Both the position numbers and the translations under genes were made by a program. The notes beneath the pieces are model-generated. The model ran no database searches and was not told where the DNA came from. It was given only the letters and a program-made list of their open reading frames with translations. From the human T2T-CHM13v2.0 reference genome, Homo sapiens, in assembly GCF_009914755.1 (NCBI RefSeq), contig NC_060929.1: a stretch of DNA of 64,000 bases; one strand, written 5' to 3'. Shown piece by piece: positions 59,848 to 64,000 of this stretch. Positions within the stretch are counted from its first letter, which is position 1, and the number at the start of each line of letters is the position of its first letter.

Positions 59848-60857
59848 TTAAATATCAAATATTAAATATCAATACTTAAAACAATATGTAAAGCTTTTTT
59901 CTCACATTATAACTTCATGATTTTGTGTATGAATTGTGAAAATACCTTTTCTGTTAAAAATGATTGTGATAATAGTGGGTTTTTTGTTTTATATTCTTAC
60001 TTGACAAAATAAAAAGTTGGCAAACTCACATTTTTTTCGACTTGAATGAAATTCATAAAATTTGTGAATCTAGAAACATTGCTTTAGGCTGTTGCTGCAT
60101 GGAATGATGTCATATCTGCATGCTTACTCATTGTAACATGAGAATGTGTCTTGTCTCCTGGGCATCAGGATTCAGTTTTTCCCTCGTTTCATATCCAGTG
60201 ACTTAGAGCTATCTGTTCAGTAAATCCTTGCTGGCTGATTCTTCTAAGGGCCACACAAAACCTGTGTCCCAGCCCAGGTTCCTAATAGTGTATCTCTGTC
60301 CTTCTGTGAAAGATCTCTCACATTCTGACTATAGTTGAGTGACAAACAAGTCATCCTCAAACCAAAACCGTTGGCAAAACAAACATCTCAGACCACTGCT
60401 CTTTCCTTGAAAGGTTTTCAGAGCTGCTTCTCAAATCAAGGCCCCGAGGTTGAAGTTTCAGCTGCATTTACAAGCAGCCTCTGTAGTGAAACAGATCACT
60501 ACTCACTGGCTTATAACAACAGCAATAATGGGAGTGATAATAATGTGACAACACATTAGAGACGTTTTACTTAGTGGATCCTTCCAAACTGTGAAACTAA
60601 AACGTATTTTTCTAACTTTAAGACTTTTCTAAACTTAGCTGCTTTGACTTGAGAGAGAGAGAAAAAAAAAAAAGCCCCTGACTCCAAATCCCTGCATAAC
60701 AGGGATGCTTTTTGCATTTTATTATCATTTCTACCCACCCAAGATCCTGTATCTTCTCATTCAAGTAAGCCTCAGCTCAAAGCTATTATTATATTTTATT
60801 TAAGAATGAATTGGCATTCTCTGGTTCATCTCTCTCATATAAAAGAAATCAACCCAC

Positions 60858-62495
60858 TAGGAGTGTGCTGGAGCTGGCTCAGATTGGCTTGTGAGAACAA
60901 ATGATTAAATTGTTAGAAATTTTGTGAACTGGTTGGGAACTAAGCCATTCTTGAAAAACAAAATTATAAAAACTTATAATTAAATAAGCTTTATGAAAAG
61001 CAAAGGTAATGAATACTCAAAGCACCACTTTCTTTCTTTCTTTTTTTTTTTTAAACTTTTAAGTCCAGGAGTACACGTGCAGATTTGTTACATAGGTAAA
61101 CTCATGTCACGGGGGTTTGTTGTACAGATTATTTCACCACCGAGATATTAAGTCTAGTACCCATTAGTTATTTTTCCTGATCTTCTCCCTCCTCCCACCC
61201 TCCGCCCTCCAATAGGTCTCAATGTGTGTTGTTCCCCTCTATGTGTCCATGTGTTCTCATTACTCAGCTCCCACTTAGGATTAAGAATATGTGGTATTTA
61301 GTTTTCTGTTCCTGTGTCAGTTTGCTAAGGATAATGGCTTCCAGCTCCATCCATGTCCTTGCAAAGGACATGATCTTATTCTTTTTTATGGCTGCATAGT
61401 ATTCCATGATGTATATGTACCACATTTTCTTTATCTAGTCTACCATTGATGGGCATTTTTGTTGATTCCATGTCTTTGCTACTGTGAATACTGCTGCAAT
61501 GAACATACGCATGCATATGTCTTTATGATAGAATGATTTATATTCCTTTGGGTGTATACCCAGTAATGAGATTGCTGGGTAAAATGGTATTTCTGTTTTT
61601 AGATCTTTGAGGAATCACCACACTTTCTTCCACAGTGGTTGAACTAATTTACACTCCTACTAACAGTGTATAAACCTTCCTTTTTCTCTGTAACCTCACC
61701 AGCATCAGTTATTTTTTAACTTTTTAATAATAGCCATTCTGACTGGTGTGAGATGGTATCTCATTGTGGTTTTGATTCGCATTTCTCTAATGATCAATGA
61801 TGTTAAGTTTTTTTTTCATATGCTTATTGGCCACATACATGCCTTCTTTTGAAAAATGTCTGTTCATGTCCTTTGCCCCCTTTTTAATGTTTTTTTTTCT
61901 TTTAAATTTGTTAACATTTCTTAGAGATGCTGGTTACTAGACCTTTGTCAGATGTGTAGTTTACAAATATTTTCTTCCATTCTGTAGGTTGTCTCTTTAC
62001 TCTGTTGATAGTTTCTTTTGCTCTGCAGAAGCTCTTTAGTTTAATCAGATACTATTTGTCAATTTTTGCTTTTGTTGGAATTGCTTCTGGCATCTTCGTG
62101 ATGAAATCTTTGCCTGTTTCTTTGTCCAGAATGTTATTGCCTAGGTTATCTTCCAGGGATTTTTTTTTTTTAAGTTTTGGGTTTTACTTTTGAGTCTTTA
62201 ATTCATCTTGAGTTTATTTTTGTACATGCAAAACAGCACTTCCTAATGATTTTTACTACATATTACTATTATCTATGTTGTTGAGGTTATTTATATTTGC
62301 CTTTTCATAGGATGGAAATCCTATGTGATGATGGGCTCTGTGCATCTCTTCCCAACTCTGTGTTCCATGATGTCACGTTGGTAGCTTGAAATCAGCCACG
62401 GTACAAGTATTTACATCATGGAAATCAACAAATGCTGCAAATCATGACACATTTTCCTCAGACCTGGTTCTTATGTGCTTACCAGGACACCACTG
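60858..62495. mobile_element. MER63-like hAT (Blackjack) DNA transposon split by an L1
   Basis: Termini gtgtgctggagctggctc... and ...ttaccaggacaccactg; the halves join across the L1 TSD. Confidence 0.7.
61034..62228 (-). mobile_element. 5'-truncated older L1PA (about PA11-PA14)
   Basis: 3' UTR type gtttgttgtacagattatttca; degenerate TSD caaagcaccactttct (61018-61033) and caaaacagcacttcct (62229-62244). Confidence 0.88.
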
Positions 62496-63406
62496 CCTCC
62501 CATTCTCTTCTTTCTACTAGGTAGACCCAGAACCCAGCCCATCAATGACACTTCTCTTTCAGAGATAAGGAAATTGATGTTCTATGAAGTTAAATCTCAT
62601 AGCGGGGAAACTGGCCAACCCAAGGCTTCAAAAATCTAACTAGTGCTCTTTTTTTGCTAGTGAATGAGGACACCTCTGACCCTGAAAAGTATCTTGAATT
62701 TTAGGGTGAATTTTCCAGCTTCATAATGGCCCTGGAGAAAGTTCTGTTCTGAGGTCTGCCAGGAGATCAGAGATCTCAATTCCTGAAACAGAAATCCTTA
62801 ACATAAAAAAATTCTTTTATGGCCTCAGCTGAAAGTCCCAAATTGTTGTCTCACCAGAAACCTGAAGTATTTTAGTGAGGTTTGTGTGTGCATCGTAATT
62901 TGGGGGATGGATGGGAAGGGGAGGGGGGACACAAAGGAAGAGAATCACCAGGAATCTGATAAGGGGAAGCTCTGTTATTCAACCTTCCAGGCCTGTTGCC
63001 TCCTCCTAAATTTACTGCCTCTACTCCCACACACCACTTACAAATGCATGGCACACATGATGAAGGTGGAAACATAAAATCTATGGAACATAAAAATTCA
63101 GTTGTAAACAATTGAAACTGTAGGCCTTCCAAGTAAGACTTCAGTCCATATCCATTTGCAAGATATTATCTCTGTGACATTTGAAATATTGTATTTATAA
63201 GGTAGAACCAATCTAAGCACATTTATATTAAAGCAGAGGAATTTTTACAGGCTTCCCCACGAATAATGATTATAATTTCCTAAATGGAATGAAGAATTCA
63301 GCATCAGCTTCCACTTTGGAAATCATTTGTGTTAACTATATAAACTTTCAGAGATCAGCTGCTATCTTTTAAAATCTCCTATAGAGCAGTATTTTAATAT
63401 ACTTAA

Positions 63407-63760
<354 letters not shown>

Positions 63761-64000
63761 CAATAAATTAATGTCTTATCTCATTTTTTTCAGGATATTA
63801 TTTGCATGGCCCAGCTACTGCCCTCAAAACACTAGTGTTTTCTCTCTTCCTCCCTATTGGCTGAACATGCTCAGTGTCTCCCTAGGCATTACCACTGTGG
63901 TTCCAGAATGGTATTTCTGACTCAACACAGATTCTATTTCACACCCAACCTTCTGTCACCTAAAGTTTATCTTCTTTTCTATCTTAGGACCTCAGTCAGG

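Overview
Human (primate) genomic DNA, not a microbial accessory region. It holds the 3' half of NPR3 (natriuretic peptide clearance receptor NPR-C) on the + strand: about 28.7 kb of a long intron, the last five coding exons (28706-28841, 34718-34812, 36890-37025, 38793/38796-38880, 40225-40336) and a ~5.4 kb 3' UTR ending near 45710. About 18 kb of repeat-rich flank follows. I assembled the exons by hand from AG/GT boundaries with continuous frame, because the ORF track misses most of them; exon numbers 4-8 are from memory. The rest is mostly Alus, L1s, LTRs, MIR/L2 and DNA-transposon relics. I cannot support a wholly new biological system. The most interesting signals are: (1) a full-length L1PA7-like element whose TSD encloses ~1.06 kb of extra DNA with two signal-plus-A-tail units, an apparent two-generation 3' transduction; (2) a splice architecture in which skipping the transmembrane exon creates an immediate TGA at the last junction, and that exon's end is itself a complete 3' splice site, predicting a soluble ectodomain; (3) an open 174-aa ORF0-like antisense ORF pointing back at NPR3; (4) several atypical retrotransposition events. 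Repeat subfamily names are by eye and need RepeatMasker/Dfam confirmation.
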